This document shows, in pieces, positions 12,030-24,530 of a stretch of 64,000 nt of DNA (within the stretch, counting starts at the first letter, position 1; each line of letters starts with the position of its first letter). A model generated the notes under the pieces. That model was not told the DNA's origin and did not search any database. It was given only the letters and a program-made list of their open reading frames with translations. Origin of the DNA: Squalus acanthias (lineage: Eukaryota); assembly GCA_030390025.1 (NCBI GenBank), contig JASTWF010000333.1, positions 186,001 to 250,000 of the forward strand, in the 5' to 3' direction. The translations under genes were made by a program, and so were the position numbers.

Positions 12030-12995
12030 AGGGGTCAGCTTCCACATGTACGCTGATGACACTCGGCTCTCCCTCTCTACCACCTCTCTTGAATGCTCCA
12101 TTTCCCCAGTGTTGTCAAACTGCTTGTCCAACATGCAGACTTGGATGAGCTACAATTTCCTCCAGTTAAACACTAGGAAGACCGACGCCATCATCTTCTG
12201 TATCCTCAACATTGATTCAATTCCCCTCCCGAGCCACAGTCTCAGGTTGAACCAGACTGTTTGCAACCTTGGTGTCATATTTGACCCTGAGCTAAGCTTC
12301 CAACCCCATATCCTCTCCATCACAAAGACTGCCTACTTTCACCTCCGTAACATCGCCCATCTTCGCGACTACCTCATCCATCTGCTGCTGAAACACTTAT
12401 CCATGCATTTCTCACCTGCAGACTCAACTAGTCCAATGATCTTTTGGCCAGCCTCCCATCCTCCACCCTCTGTAAACATCATCTCATCCAAAGCATTGCT
12501 GCCTATATCCTATCCCACACCAAACCCCACTCTCCCATCACCCTTTTCTCACTGACCGACACTGGTTTCTGGTAGCCCAATGCCTCAAATTTAAAATTCT
12601 CAACCCCATGTTTAAATCCCTTCATGGCCCTGGCCCTCCCTATCTGTTTAACCTTCTACAGCCCTGAAATCTCCCCCAACCCCGAACTCTCCTTTCCTCT
12701 GATTCTGGGCTCTTTGCATCATCCCCTCCCTTTGCCCCACCATTTGGTGGCCATTCCTTCAGCTGCCTAGGCGCCACACCCTGAGATTTCCTCCCTAACA
12801 TTCTTCATCTCCCCACCTCCCTCTCCTCCATTAACACCTTCTTTAAAGCCCATTCTTTGACTAAGCTTTTGTTCACCACTCCTGGTACCTTCTTCTTCTT
12901 TGGCTCGGCATCCATTTTACTGATTACGTCTTTGTGAAGCTTCTTCGAACATTTTTCTATATTAATGGCTCTATATAAATGCAAGTTGTTGTTAC
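12030..12995 (+). mobile_element. Older L2-clade LINE 3' fragment
   Basis: FHMYADDT and NFLQLNTRKT motifs in ORF 11980-12555. The tail is TATATAAATGCAAGTTGTTGTT. Confidence 0.85.
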
Positions 12996-13070
12996 TGTTA
13001 ATGATAATGGATGGAACAATGGTTTCAAACTGCTTAGAGTAGAACAGAATGCCAGGATTGTGAACATTTT

Positions 13071-13705
13071 GGCCTCGATATTAACCCACCTCCCCCACGA
13101 AGGGTGGGAGAGGGTCGGGGGATAAAAATGTAAAACGGAGAATGCATCCCAAACTCGTCGTGTCGGCCTTTTCACGGTGGCAGGTTTCGTGGCTTCCAAG
13201 TGTCACAAAGTGCAATTTAGAGCCTAATTTAAATGTAACAGTTGCCGCGCGGGTTTCCAATGGCTCAAGAAACCTGGCAGTAAAAAGGAGGCGGGAACTG
13301 CTGGCTCAAGAATGTAAGTGCCTTTTACAGCACTCCTTGTGGGCCAAGAGGAGCAGGAGCGCTTCCCCAGCCCCTCAAGGAGGTTTTTGTCCTCCCCTCT
13401 GCCGATCAGGGGCTCTCTCTCCCCCCTGCCACGATCACTGACCCCAGGCCCCAATCTCCAGCCTTCCCCCTCCCAATTGCTGGGGACCATCCCAAAGGTC
13501 TCTGGCTATGACCTCCTGCTGCTGGTTTTCCCGCCTGGCCGCCGGCCAACCTGGCAGTTTGGACGCCTGCCGAGTGGGAAACGGAAGAAAAAAATGATAA
13601 TGAGGTCCTGCCGTTAAATTCGGCAGGACCTCCAAGTCCCCAGCCTCAACGTGTTCCCCGGCTGGTATTGCCCTCCCCCGTAACATCCCCTTAATTATCG
13701 GGGCC
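13071..13705. mobile_element. MITE family E
   Basis: TIRs GGCCTCGATA / TATCGGGGCC and TSD TTT/TTT. Confidence 0.75.
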
Positions 13706-13707
13706 TT

Positions 13708-14750
13708 TGATTCAGCCTGAGAGAGTGGTTGAGGTGGGTTAGAGTCTGTGGCAAGGGAACAGAGTTTGTGGCAGATGTCAAATATGATGGCTCTGGTTTT
13801 CCTGATGTGGAGCTGGAGGAAACAATGACTCATCCATGACCAGAAATTCAGGTCGGAGGCTTCCCGCGGGTGCAAGCCCCCAACCTGCACTTACCTAGCG
13901 CGCCTGCCGTTGTGCTGTGGGCCCTGCGTGGGATTCCGATACTGGGCCTCCTCCAGCTGCAGGTGCGCAGTGCTTGCGTATCCCAGGGGCGCAGTTAGTT
14001 CGAAGCGTCCCCTGGGATCACGTGAGCCATGGAGAGCCAATCGGAGCAGGGAATCTCCATTCATAGATTTGACAGGAAGACCTGTCAAATCTATGAATAG
14101 AGATCGGCCCCAAAACCTCACTAAAACTTCAAATACATTTTTTTTTTAAATCACATTTTTAAAATAACTATAAATTACATAAATTAACTATTTTAAGTAA
14201 AAATTTAAATTTTTGAAAACATTTATTAAAGTTTTTAATGGGGCTAAAAATAAACTTACCTTTCTTTAAAGTATTTAAAAAAGATAAACCTGTGGAAAAA
14301 ATGTTTAAATTTTACTTAATTCACCACTTACCTTGTTAAAAGCAAGCCTTGCGCCTGCTTTTTCCCCGCACAGCTACAAGGAACTTACCCTCACACAGAA
14401 ACCTGAAAAAAAACCGGAAGTTCGATGCGTGCGTACTGCCTCTCCGGCACACGCGTTTGACCTCTGAACCCCTTCATTCAAGGGAACGGAAGTTCCGGTT
14501 TCCAGCACATGCGCAGTGCATGCGCGAAACCAGCACTTTTATTGGGTCTACGGGTGAGTACACAGTGCGTACTCACCCGTGGAGACCCGAATTTCTGGCC
14601 CAATATCAGACAAGCATTCAAGGGTCAGGAGAAGTAGTAGAGAAGTAGAGCTGGGTAAAATCAGGCTGCATGTGAAAGCTGACCTTGCCTACTGATGATG
14701 TTGTCAAGGGGCAGAACAAGCAAGAGCAGGGATCAAGGATAGATCCCAGG
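13708..14750 (-). mobile_element. Old L2 fragment interrupted by a MITE
   Basis: L2-like sequence at 13708-13837 resumes at 14602 (ATCAGACAAGCA...GTAGAGCTGGG), matching 7370-7460. Confidence 0.6.
13838..14601. mobile_element. MITE family A, orientation 2
   Basis: CCAGAAATTC at the left and GAATTTCTGGCCC-AAT at the right. Shares the AT-rich core and hairpin with the other A copies. Confidence 0.8.
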
Positions 14751-14756
14751 AGGTGT

Positions 14757-17062
14757 CAGTTATAAAGGGATATAGACAGGTTAAGTGAGTGGGCAATAAA
14801 TGTGGCAGATGGAGTCTAATGTGGGGAAATGTGAGGTAATTCACTTTGGTAGGAAGAATAGGAAATCAGAATATTTTTTAAATGGTGAGAAACTATTAAA
14901 TGTTGGTGTCCAGAGAGATTTAGGTGTCCTCATACAGGAGACACAGAGGCTGCGATTTTACTAACCTCGGCGGGTCCGTGGTGGGCGCTGTCGGTGGTGG
15001 GTCCCAGCCCCGCTGCTGGCTCCATCCCGGCCTCTGAAATGAATTTCCCCGATTGGGCTTGTTAAGCCCGCCCAGCGCGTTTCCCGGCCAATTAGAGGAA
15101 GCGGGTCTGATGATGTCATTTGATGACGTGTCATCAGCTGGTTTCCTTAAAGGGACCATGGCCAACTTTATTTTGACATTTGTGCTGTCAGTGTTCTACA
15201 GCATTGAGGTGCGACAAAGAGGGAGTCACAACACGCTGGGAGGTCCTCTTCCCTTCCCATGGGCGGAAGAGACCTCCCCAGGAGATCAACACAACCTGTT
15301 TGCACATTGCACAGGAGGGCACAAGCAGGGATGTGGTCATGAGGACCTGGGTGTAATGCAGCAAACGTTTCAATGATCTCAGTAGATTACAAAACGTTAG
15401 TACAAAACCTAATCCTGCTGTGCCTCTCATCACATCCCCATCACTCTGCCTTCCCTACCCTACTCCTGCACATCCTTTGGAAGTGGCTTAGTGAGTTGCA
15501 GTGAATGGTGAGACATAATGGTACCCACCGCAATGGTGATGAGTGTGAAAGGAATGGCTTGGGCTTTGTAGGGATGCTTTATGGCGTTGGTGTGGAGTGG
15601 TGCCAACCTGGCGCATCATGTGGCAGCCAGGGTGTACAGCGTCAAGTGAAGTAAATGTGGCCAATGGTGAGGCCATCCCTGGCCTCCCAGGCAGCAATGT
15701 GGTCGGGTGCTGATGCCCTGTGTCCTGTGCAGCATCAGGTGATTGTGGAGAAGGTTGGTGGTGTTGTTGTTGGTGCTGCTGGTGTGCCTTGTGCTGCTGG
15801 TGTTGGGGCTGATCGTGGTGGGATTCTGAGGACCAAGGTGAGATAGTATAAAGGGCACCCATGCTGATGGAATAGATGGCAGGTGAAGTAGAGATGACAG
15901 AAGCGATCTGTCAATGGTGAGAGAGGTAATGAGGTCAGACTGGATGGAGACTTGTGTAAAGACTTGCAGCATGGTGAATCTGTTGTGGAAATGCAGTGAG
16001 GAACAGCTTGTGGCTGAGGGAAGATATCTCTGTAAGGTGGGAGCTTTTACTGTACATTTGAAGCTGTCAACTCAACAGCTGATTCAATGGCCACTGAACG
16101 CCTGCCTCAGCTTGACAGATGTGGTCCACGAACAGCGTGGACCCCGTGGGTGAGCTGGCAAATGCAGAAGGTGAGCTGAAATTCATTCTTAAGTGGCTCT
16201 AAACAAGCCACTAATTACCTGAATTGGGTCCCCTGCTGAAAACCCGTCGCTGCGTGTCGGGTCTGCTCAGCGCTGACAGACCCGACATCGGGGAAAGGAG
16301 CATGGTGGCGGGTTGACAGCGGGGTCCCGACCTGCTGGGGAAAAAAAACTCTTTCCCACCCAACCCACCACTGATCGTGCTCGCTGACCCCCCCCCCCAC
16401 CCCCGCCCCCCGCAGACCCAGCCCTGAGAGTTAGCATGCAAGTACAGCAAGCAATTAGGCAGGCAAATAACATGTTGGCCTTTATTGCAAGGGGGTTGGA
16501 GTAAACGAGTAAGGAAGTCTTGCTACAATTGTACAGGGCTTTGATGAGACCACACCTGGAGTACTGTGCACAGTTTTGGTCCCCTTATCTGAGGAAGGAT
16601 ATACTTGCCTTAGAGAGTGTGCAACAAAGGTTCATTAGATTGATTCCTGAGATGAGAGGGTTGTCCTATGGGGAGAGATTGAGTAGATTGGACCTATACT
16701 CTCTGGAGTTTAGAAGAATGAGAGTTGATCTCATTGACACATATAAAATTCTGAGAGGGCTTGACAAGATAGATGCTGAAAGATTGATTCCCCTGGCTGG
16801 GGAGTCTCAGGATAAGGGGTTGGTCTTTTAAGACTGAGATGAGGAGGAACTTCTTCATTCACAGGGTTGTGACTCTCTAGAATTCTCTGCCAAAGGGCTG
16901 TGGATGCTGAGTCATTGAATATATTCAAGGCTGAGATAGATAGATTTTTGGACTCAAGCGATATGGAGATTGGGCGGGAAAGTGGAGTTGGGGTCGAAGA
17001 TCAGCCATGAGCAGGCTCGAGGGGCCGAATGGCCTACTCCTGCTCCTATTTCTTATGTTCTT
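14757..17062 (+). mobile_element. CR1 LINE 3' fragment split by a DNA transposon
   Basis: CR1 RT C-terminus (KCEVIHFG; RPHLEYCAQFWSP) at 14757-14946 resumes at ~16425, with the tail CTCCTATTTCTTATGTTCTTA. Confidence 0.9.
14947..16424 (+). mobile_element. Non-autonomous Harbinger-derived element, family C
   Basis: Interrupts CR1, with ends AGGCTGCGATTTT and CCCAGCCC. Inverted homolog at 28704-29696. Confidence 0.7.
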
Positions 17063-17084
17063 AGTAGGAGGGAATAGGAGCCAT

Positions 17085-17320
17085 TCCTTAACATGGACCA
17101 GCTGCATTCATATAGATAAGAATGGAACCATGCAAACGCAGCTCCATAGAGCAGAGATACTGGAGGCGGGTGACGTGGTCAACTGTATCCAACTCTGTGA
17201 ATGATCAAGTTGGATGAGGTGATGTAATACACCATGACCGCAATCACAGAGGTTGCCATTCATGACTTTGACTAGGTTCATTTCGGTGCTATGAGAAGCC
17301 CAGAAGCCAAATTGGAGGGG
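17085..17320 (-). mobile_element. Degenerate L2 RT fragment
   Basis: HSTEMNLVKVMNGNLCDCGHG...LD resembles the L2 HSTETALVKVTND..LLDL region. Confidence 0.55.
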
Positions 17321-18191
17321 TGGTGGGGTGTGGGGGGGGAGGGGTGGGGGACGGAGGGGTGGGGGAGGGGTTAGGGGTAGGTGAGGCATGGGGGAGGGGT
17401 GGGGAGGTGACGTGGCAGGGATGGAAACCAGAGAAGAAGCAGTTGGGAGTGTGCGAGTGGATTTCTGAATAATATGAGTGAATACATCCAAGTAACCTGC
17501 ACTGACATTTAAAAGCAATAGTTGCAATGATGTAACAATGAATGGGCTAGAAAAATGTTATAAAAACACAAAATCTGGAAAGGTTAACATTTTATTCAAG
17601 ACCCTTCATCCGAACATTGATTGCTTTTCATACTGAATGCATACAATGTGTTTGCTGATCATGTGCATTAACTTTCATCTGTTATCATAGAAAATTCTAT
17701 GAATAGCTTTTGTTCTCCATGCTTGTCTGAAATATGGGATTTAAAGAACAGTGGTACTAATATCTAATCTGATTCCTCCAGGGAGGTTGAAAGACTTGGA
17801 TGAATAATGGGTGATGTCAGAATTCTAGTCAAGGCAAGCACATATAGTGTGTAGAAAGGAGAAAAAAACTGCAATTGTTTTTTTTTTCCAAAGGCGAGAT
17901 TTGTAAATCTGATTTGACAACAGATTGCAAAAAGCAATCTGTGCGTAGAGAACTATTGTTAAACTGAGCACAATACTACGCTAATGGTTTGGAATCATTG
18001 TAATCATTAAGGCCTAAATTTCTGAGATTACATGGAAAAGCCAACAATATATGTTATAAAGTTACATGTGTTACACATCTGCAACATCAAGGAGTTCAGA
18101 TGCTGCTAAGTGCCACAACACTGACCTTTAAGCGCTTAGCGAATATTGTCTGAACTCCAAGCCTTGACACACACTGTTGTGTATTTTTATT

Positions 18192-18918
18192 GGCCCGTTT
18201 ATTCCGATCGCTGGCCTCCCATGGGCGGAGGACTGCGATCTGGAAAAATCTGCTCCCGGGACACGCACAATTCCGATGCTGGGCCTCTCCAATCTTGAAG
18301 TGTGCAGGGCCCACGTATCCCAGAAGCGCAGGTAGTTCACAGCGTCTCTGGGATCACGTGGGCCATGGGGAGCCAATCACAGAAGGGAATCTCCCTTCAT
18401 ACACTTGACAGGAAGACCTGTCAAATATATGAATGGAGATCAATGAAAAAACAGAGTAAAACTTTAAATAATTTTTTAAAAATCACATTTTTAAAATGAC
18501 TTGAAATTACAATAAATTAAGTATTTTAAACAAAAATTTAAATTTTTGAAAAAAATAATTAAAGTTCTTTATGGGGCTAAAAATAAACTTACCTTTTTTA
18601 AAAGTATTTTTAAATGATAAATCAGTTTAACTTTTTTTTCAACTCTTATCCTGGTAAAAGCAGGCCTTACACCTGCTTTTACCAGGCATAAGAATTGTAA
18701 GGGTTTTCTGCGGGCGGAGGGTCTCCAAAAAGCGGAACTATCCGCCCGCAGAGGCCCTTCTCCCGGGCAGCCGGAGGATCTGTCAAGTGTTTTCTTGACA
18801 GATTGGAAATGCTGGTTTCCAGCGCATGTGCAGTGCATGCCTAAAACCGGCATTTCCAATGTCCCTACGGGTGGGTACACAGCGCGTACCCACCCGTAGG
18901 GATCGGAATATCCGGCCC
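18192..18918. mobile_element. MITE family A, orientation 2
   Basis: TIRs GGCCCGTTTATTCCGATC / GATCGGAATATCCGGCCC and TSD ATT/ATT. Confidence 0.85.
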
Positions 18919-19083
18919 ATTATCTCTAATGCTCTATAAAGCTTGACTTTAATAGCAGAAGATACAAACCTGAATTGCAAACAAGATATTGCTATGACAA
19001 AAAAAAATTGGTTTAGAGAGTGCTGTAAAAATTGTAATAAATTATCAACATTTTAATAACCCAACATCTTCTGAAACTCTTTG

Positions 19084-19974
19084 GGGGAGAAATTCAGTGT
19101 CGCCCCATTTGGGGCGCAATTATCGGCCGGGCGCAAAGATTAGCGCCTGGTGCTAATTATCGCCACCGACTGCAAACTTGACTTTTATCGCCCCTGGAGG
19201 TGATTGCAGCGCTATATCAGGCGCTTCACACCTGTCTTAAGGCGCAAAGGCCGAGGAGCGAGGCGCTACCTCAGAGCGCTGGCGAAGCTCATGTGATGTC
19301 AGTCAGCAATGGAACACACACACAATGGCGCCGGCCAGTTCTTAAAGGGGAGGGTCGATATTGCTCTCCATCCACACCCTGCTCATTGCAGCCTTGAATC
19401 TCGGCCTGGAGAGACTTGCACATCAAATGTGCTGGAAAGAACAATGGAGAGTACCAGGCAAAGAGCTCAGAGTGCAGCCCCCACAGTCTCTGCTAAATCG
19501 ATACAAGGAATGGCAAATCAAAATGAACCTGCAAAGTGCTGCTCAGTACCCAAAACTCCTTCACACAACGTTGAATCTCTCCAGAAGTCTCTCCCTCTCT
19601 CTCTCAGAATGCGTAGTTCAAAAATGGCACCAACAATAAAAGGCAGGAAGCGGTCACCTTTAAATAGCGCTCCCCCTTTCCCTTCATGACTGCAGAACGC
19701 TCCCCTCAACCTGTCGTTGCTAGCGTCAGGCGGTAAGGCAGGGGGCGCCACTCAATATCCGCTCCGGGGCGATACCGGGGCGTTGCGCACTCGAGTGACG
19801 TCATGATCTGCCGGCGCAGGAGATCGTGGAGGTAGTGTTTAGCGCCGCCGCAAAATGTCTAGTTAATTTCGCGAGCGGCGCAAACTTCGCCGCGCCTGGG
19901 CGCTGGATGCTTTGCGCCCCATTAGCGCCCTTTAAGGCGCTAACGGGAGGCGCAACCAACTGAATTTTTCCCCC
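19084..19974 (+). mobile_element. MITE family B (~890 bp)
   Basis: TIRs GGGGAGAAATTCAG / CTGAATTTTTCCCCC and TSD TTG/TTG. Highly similar copies at 22334, 35350 and 63732. Confidence 0.9.
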
Positions 19975-20653
19975 TTGATGCCTTACAACATGCTCCAAAC
20001 CAGCTGCTATTGACTAAGCTTTCCTCTTTGGGATTGGACAAATCTGCCATCTAAACCTGTAGTCTTACTACAGAAACTCTGGTCAAGTTATACTTCTGAC
20101 GCACTGAGCATAGTGATAATTGAGTTCTGAACATGTGTGCTTGGACACTAATTTGTAAGAAGACAAGAGAAATGCTGCTCGTACCCACTCCTTTATAAAA
20201 TTATGGCCTAGAATTTCGAGTGGGCCGAAATCTGCCGGTGTCACCACGGGTCGAAGTTAACGGCCGCCCGCAAGAATAGCACAGGCAGCACCAGTATTTT
20301 GATGCTGCCTGCTGATTAACATTAGCGCAGCGCAAAACCCGTAGTGTTTTTTCCAGCGGTAGACCCAGCAGGAGGCCCAATGTAGCCCTAGGATCCCTGG
20401 AGCGAGGCAGCATTCTCTTAAATCTAGCCTGTCATTTTCGAAAGCAGTCTCGATCCCTTAAAGGGGAAATGCCTTCAAAAATGAAAAAATAAAAATCATT
20501 TATGAATAGGCAGTCTTTAGCTTTTAGAGCTCAACTACCTTCTGAAAAAAAATAAACATTAAAATAATTCCGAAATGGCAGTCTCCAGCTCTTAAAGCTG
20601 AACTGCCTTCTGCATATAAAAAAAATGTTATAAGTGCTTCAGCACAAACAAAA

Positions 20654-20882
20654 ATGGCTCAACAAGCTAGGGAAGGGGCACCCAGGGTCTCGCACGTAGC
20701 ACTCCAGCTTTGCGCAGTGGGTCAACACTGCAAGAGAGGTCCTCTACCCACAGGGCCCAGGAGGCCCTCCAGAAAGAATGATGTGGGACCACATCACCAA
20801 GGCCGTCACTACCAGCAGTGTCACCCCCACGACCTGGCTCCAGTGCCCAAAGAAGCTTCATGACCTCAGATCAGTGGTCAAG
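20654..20882 (+). pseudogene. Harbinger Myb/SANT exon 1, frameshifted
   Basis: MAQQAREGAPRVS...WDHITKAVTTSSVTPTTWLQCPKKLHDLRSVVK, then a GTCAGT donor. Confidence 0.7.
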
Positions 20883-21723
20883 GTCAGTGAATGCATCTTC
20901 AAAAACCATCTCCTACCAATTGCACCACTAGCCTCACACACTGCTCATTGCACGACCCACCCCCATCACTCACCTACCAATAATCTGTACCAAACACGAG
21001 GCACACCTTACATTCCAAGCTTCACCTCATCCCCTTGGAGGAGATGGTGCTGGTCATTCTTGGCAGGGGCATGGCTGAGCCCTTGGCCAGCGGCAGGGCT
21101 GAAAGGATACAAGATGCTGGCATCCACATACGTTATGCTCCTTCTCACATCCCACTTCTCCCTCATCCCACAATCTCTTCTGATTTACAAGGTGTGCATG
21201 GTGTAAGCATTCAGCTCTTGGTTTCCCGTCCTCTGCTCACCACAACTCTACCCTTGTGCCTTCCTCATTTAACACACGCAAGAAATCCTGCCTGCCCAGC
21301 CAGTGGTTGACTAAGAAGAGGCAGAGGAGAGTGAAGAAGAAGAAGAAGAAGAAGAAACAACGTCACTCGATTTGACACTCCGAGCACCAGCTCCTCAAGG
21401 TCAACCTGCAAGGCCATCTGCAGTGTCCCCCACTGAACGTCAGCAGCCTTCCACCAGCCATGCTGCAGCCAAAAGGGGAGCACTGTGTGACATCACTAGA
21501 ATAGGCAAAGACATACACAAGACAGTCACTAAGGGAATGTATAAGGGTGATTAGTTGATTTCTTGATGTCATATTGGATGGATAGATGTATAAAGCTGGA
21601 TTGGAAAGTTTGCTTTGTGGTGGCTTTTATTTCAGCATTGTGGCCAAGAGGACATTGTGATGGTCAGTAACAGAGGGAAGGTAAAGTGTGGGACAAATGT
21701 TGAAAGGGGAATTGGGGTTGTGG

Positions 21724-21852
21724 TCACTGGTACCACAGGCGGATGATTCCATCCCGGATATCCCGGTCAGAAAGGGGCTGTTTGGGTTGCATCCTTCCTA
21801 CCGCTTCCTCCTCTTCTGCTTCTTTCTCTTCTGCTTCTTCCTCTTCCCTCTG
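21724..21852 (-). pseudogene. Probable Harbinger transposase C-terminal remnant
   Basis: QREEEEAEEKEAEEEEAVGRMQPKQPLSDRDIRDGIIRLWYQ*: an acidic tract followed by an R-x-x-R-D-x-I-I-type terminal helix as in HARBI1-like transposases. Confidence 0.55.
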
Positions 21853-21856
21853 TAAG

Positions 21857-21995
21857 TGGATGCTGGAAATCTGAAATAGAAGCAGAAAATGCTGGAAATA
21901 CTCAGCAGGTCAGGCAGCATCTTGACCTGAGACAATTAACTCTGTTTCTCTCTCCACCGATGCTGCCTCACCTGCCTTTTCAGCATTTTCTGTCT
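21857..21995. mobile_element. Penelope-like pLTR fragments in inverted arrangement
   Basis: GATGCTGGAAATCTGAAATAG...CAGGTCAGGCAGCATC followed by the opposite-orientation TTAACTCTGTTTCTCTCTCCA.CGATGCTGCC...CAGCATTTTCTG. Confidence 0.7.
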
Positions 21996-22333
21996 TCTCA
22001 GAGGCTTTCCTTTATCATCCGTAGCCTAGCAAGCATCCAGCAGTAATCCCTGCACTCCCTGCACACTTTAAAAACTTTGAACACATATTGTACCAAGCCA
22101 TTACTTCAATAAAATATATTAAAAAAGTCCAAAAGCTTAAATCCAAACTTACTTGAAAGATGCATGTGTCCTTTTAAGAAGCGCTGACAGTGTCTCTGCA
22201 GAGCTGCTTCACGCATGCTTTTCTGAGTGTGCTTAGGGCCTAGTGTTACGGTGTGCAAAAATGTCCAAGTTGGCAACCCTGGCGTCAAGTCAGGATTTGC
22301 ACAGCGATTGGCGTCTTGATCTGCTACTTTACA

Positions 22334-23171
22334 GGGGAAAAATTCGGTTGCTTTGTGTCTCCCGTTAGCTCCCTAAGAAGGCGCTAATGGGACGCAAAGC
22401 AACTAGTGCCCGGGTGCTAAACACTACCACCACAATCTCCTGCGCCCGCAGATCGTGACGTCAGTCAAGCGTGCAACGCCCCGCTAGCGCCCCGGACCAG
22501 ATATTGAGTGGCGCCCCTGCCTTACCGCCTACCGCTAGCAACGATGGGTTGAGGGGAGCGTTTTGCAGTCGGGAAGGGACTGGGGGAGCGCTATTTAAAG
22601 GCAACCGCTTCCTGCCTTTTTTTGTCGGCGACATTTTTGCACCACACATTCTGAGCGAGAGAGAGAGACTTCTGGAGAGATTCGACGCTGTGTGAAGGAG
22701 TTTTGATTACTGAGCAGCACTTTGCAGGTTCATTTTGATTTGACCTTCCTTGCATTGATTTAGAAGAGACTTGGGGGCTGCACTCTGAGCTCTTTCCCTG
22801 GGCCTCTCCATTGTTCTATCCAGCAGATTTGATGTACAGGTCTCTCCAGGCAGAGATTCAAGGCTGCAATGAGTAGGGTGTGGATGGAGAGCAAGATCGA
22901 CCCTCCCCTTTAAGAGCTGGCCGGTGCCAGTGTGTCTGTGTTCCATTGCTGACTGACATCACATGAGCTTTGCCAGCGCCCTGGGGTAGCGCCTCGCTCC
23001 TCGGCATTAGCGCCTTAAGAGAGGTGTGTAGCACCTGATTTAGTGCTCCAATCACATCCAGGGGCGATAAAAGCCAAGTTTGCAGTCAGAGGCGATAATT
23101 AGCGCCAGGCGCTAAACTTTGCACCCGGCCGATAACTGTGCCCCAAACGGGGCGATACCGAATTTCTCCGC
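22334..23171 (-). mobile_element. MITE family B, inverted, more diverged
   Basis: Reverse complement of 19084-19974 with an internal deletion. Confidence 0.85.
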
Positions 23172-24207
23172 TTACATTTCAGAGGCCAGCACTGTCCACA
23201 GCTGCACTATGGCCCTTATCAAAATGACGGCCTTCGTGTCCTGCACCAGAGGCGACCACCATTTTTTTACAGACAACCAGTGTTAACAGACAGCGCGCAG
23301 GTTTGGAATTTCTAGACCCACATTCTAGTTTACACCACTCTCCTAGCTTAGAAAACCCCAAAAATGTGCTGCTCACCAACCAATCACCAATCTGCTGTCC
23401 TGTGACGTCATCGGGTCCGGGAGTTGTTTACCCCAGCCGAATGGACACGACTGGAAAATCTCACGCTTTCTTAAACCCGGTTTAATTATCCTAGTTCTTT
23501 ATCTTCGGTCCTTACCTTATCTTAGTCTATATTTATTTATAGGTAATTACTTCTTAGTCTGTTTTAAGTTTTTTTTACATACTAACTTGCACTAAGTTGT
23601 TGCTGTTATTGTATAACTGTAGCCTAAAACAATATGGGATCTTGTCAGTGTTTTTCTCTGTTTTATTGTATCTCCCAGGTGATCACGTGGCTGCGAGGGA
23701 AGAGGCAGGGTGGGGAGTGAAGATGTGTTTAGTCATGATGCGCCAGCCATCATGGTGTGGGGCAAATTTAATGGACCAACTAGTCTTTCTCTGCCCGTCA
23801 AATTATCCCAACATGGGGAAGTGGGAATAAAACAGCATTTTCCATCTGCATGTCAGAAATTTAACTCCCTTTGTAATGAGATGATTGAGCATGTTTCAGA
23901 GCTAAAATATAATGTGCATTATATTTTTATTTAATCTCAAGTAGTACATGGCAATGAGTACAATTCAGTAGTTTGAGGACTACAGTAAACTTTCTGCCTC
24001 CTAAAATATGACCAGGTTTAAAATATTTTAGTTCATTCAGTGGATATGTTAAATTCATAATTGTTCTGTAGTTGCCAACATTTCTCTATTTTAAATTTTT
24101 TATTAAAGAAACCAGAAATGTAAATGAATTCTATTTTAGTAATGCAGTAGAACATTAGAACTGTGCAATATTTACTTCATGTATGAAAGCATAATGGGAT
24201 AAGTTAA

Positions 24208-24530
24208 AGGCAAAATACTGCGAATGCTGGAAATCTGAAATATAAATAGAAAATGCTGGAAACACTCAGCAAGTCAGGCAGCATCTGTGGAGAGAAAACA
24301 GAGTCAACATTTCAGGTCGATGACCTTTTGTCAGAACTGGAAATAGTTGGAGATGTAACAGATTTTAAGCAAGTGTAGGGGCAGGGAAAGGGGGGAGGAG
24401 GAGAAAGAACAAAAGGGAAGGTCAGTGATAGGGTGGAGGGCAGGAGAGATTAAATGACAAAAGGGATGATGGTGCAAGGCAAAAAGGGATGGTAATGGGA
24501 CAAGTAAAGAAACAAAAGATGGGTCTAGGA
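24208..24530 (-). mobile_element. Penelope-like element 3' UTR/pLTR
   Basis: Reverse complement of 42340-42640. The hammerhead core is mutated (CTGACAA). Confidence 0.8.

Larger units (their letters stand above)
20205..23319. mobile_element. Internally deleted PIF/Harbinger transposon with nested insertions
   Basis: TIR-like GGCCTAGAATTTC and GGAATTTCTAGACCC. Contains a Myb remnant on + and a transposase-like C-terminus on -. The right boundary is uncertain. Confidence 0.55.

Noticed and set aside
17315..17410. G-rich tract with G-quadruplex potential
   Set aside because: Low-complexity expansion within a decayed L2 fragment, with no evidence of function.
24300..24340. Hammerhead ribozyme on the minus strand
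   Set aside because: The core is mutated (CTGACAA instead of CTGANGA, and the stem III palindrome is lost), so it is recorded only as PLE sequence.
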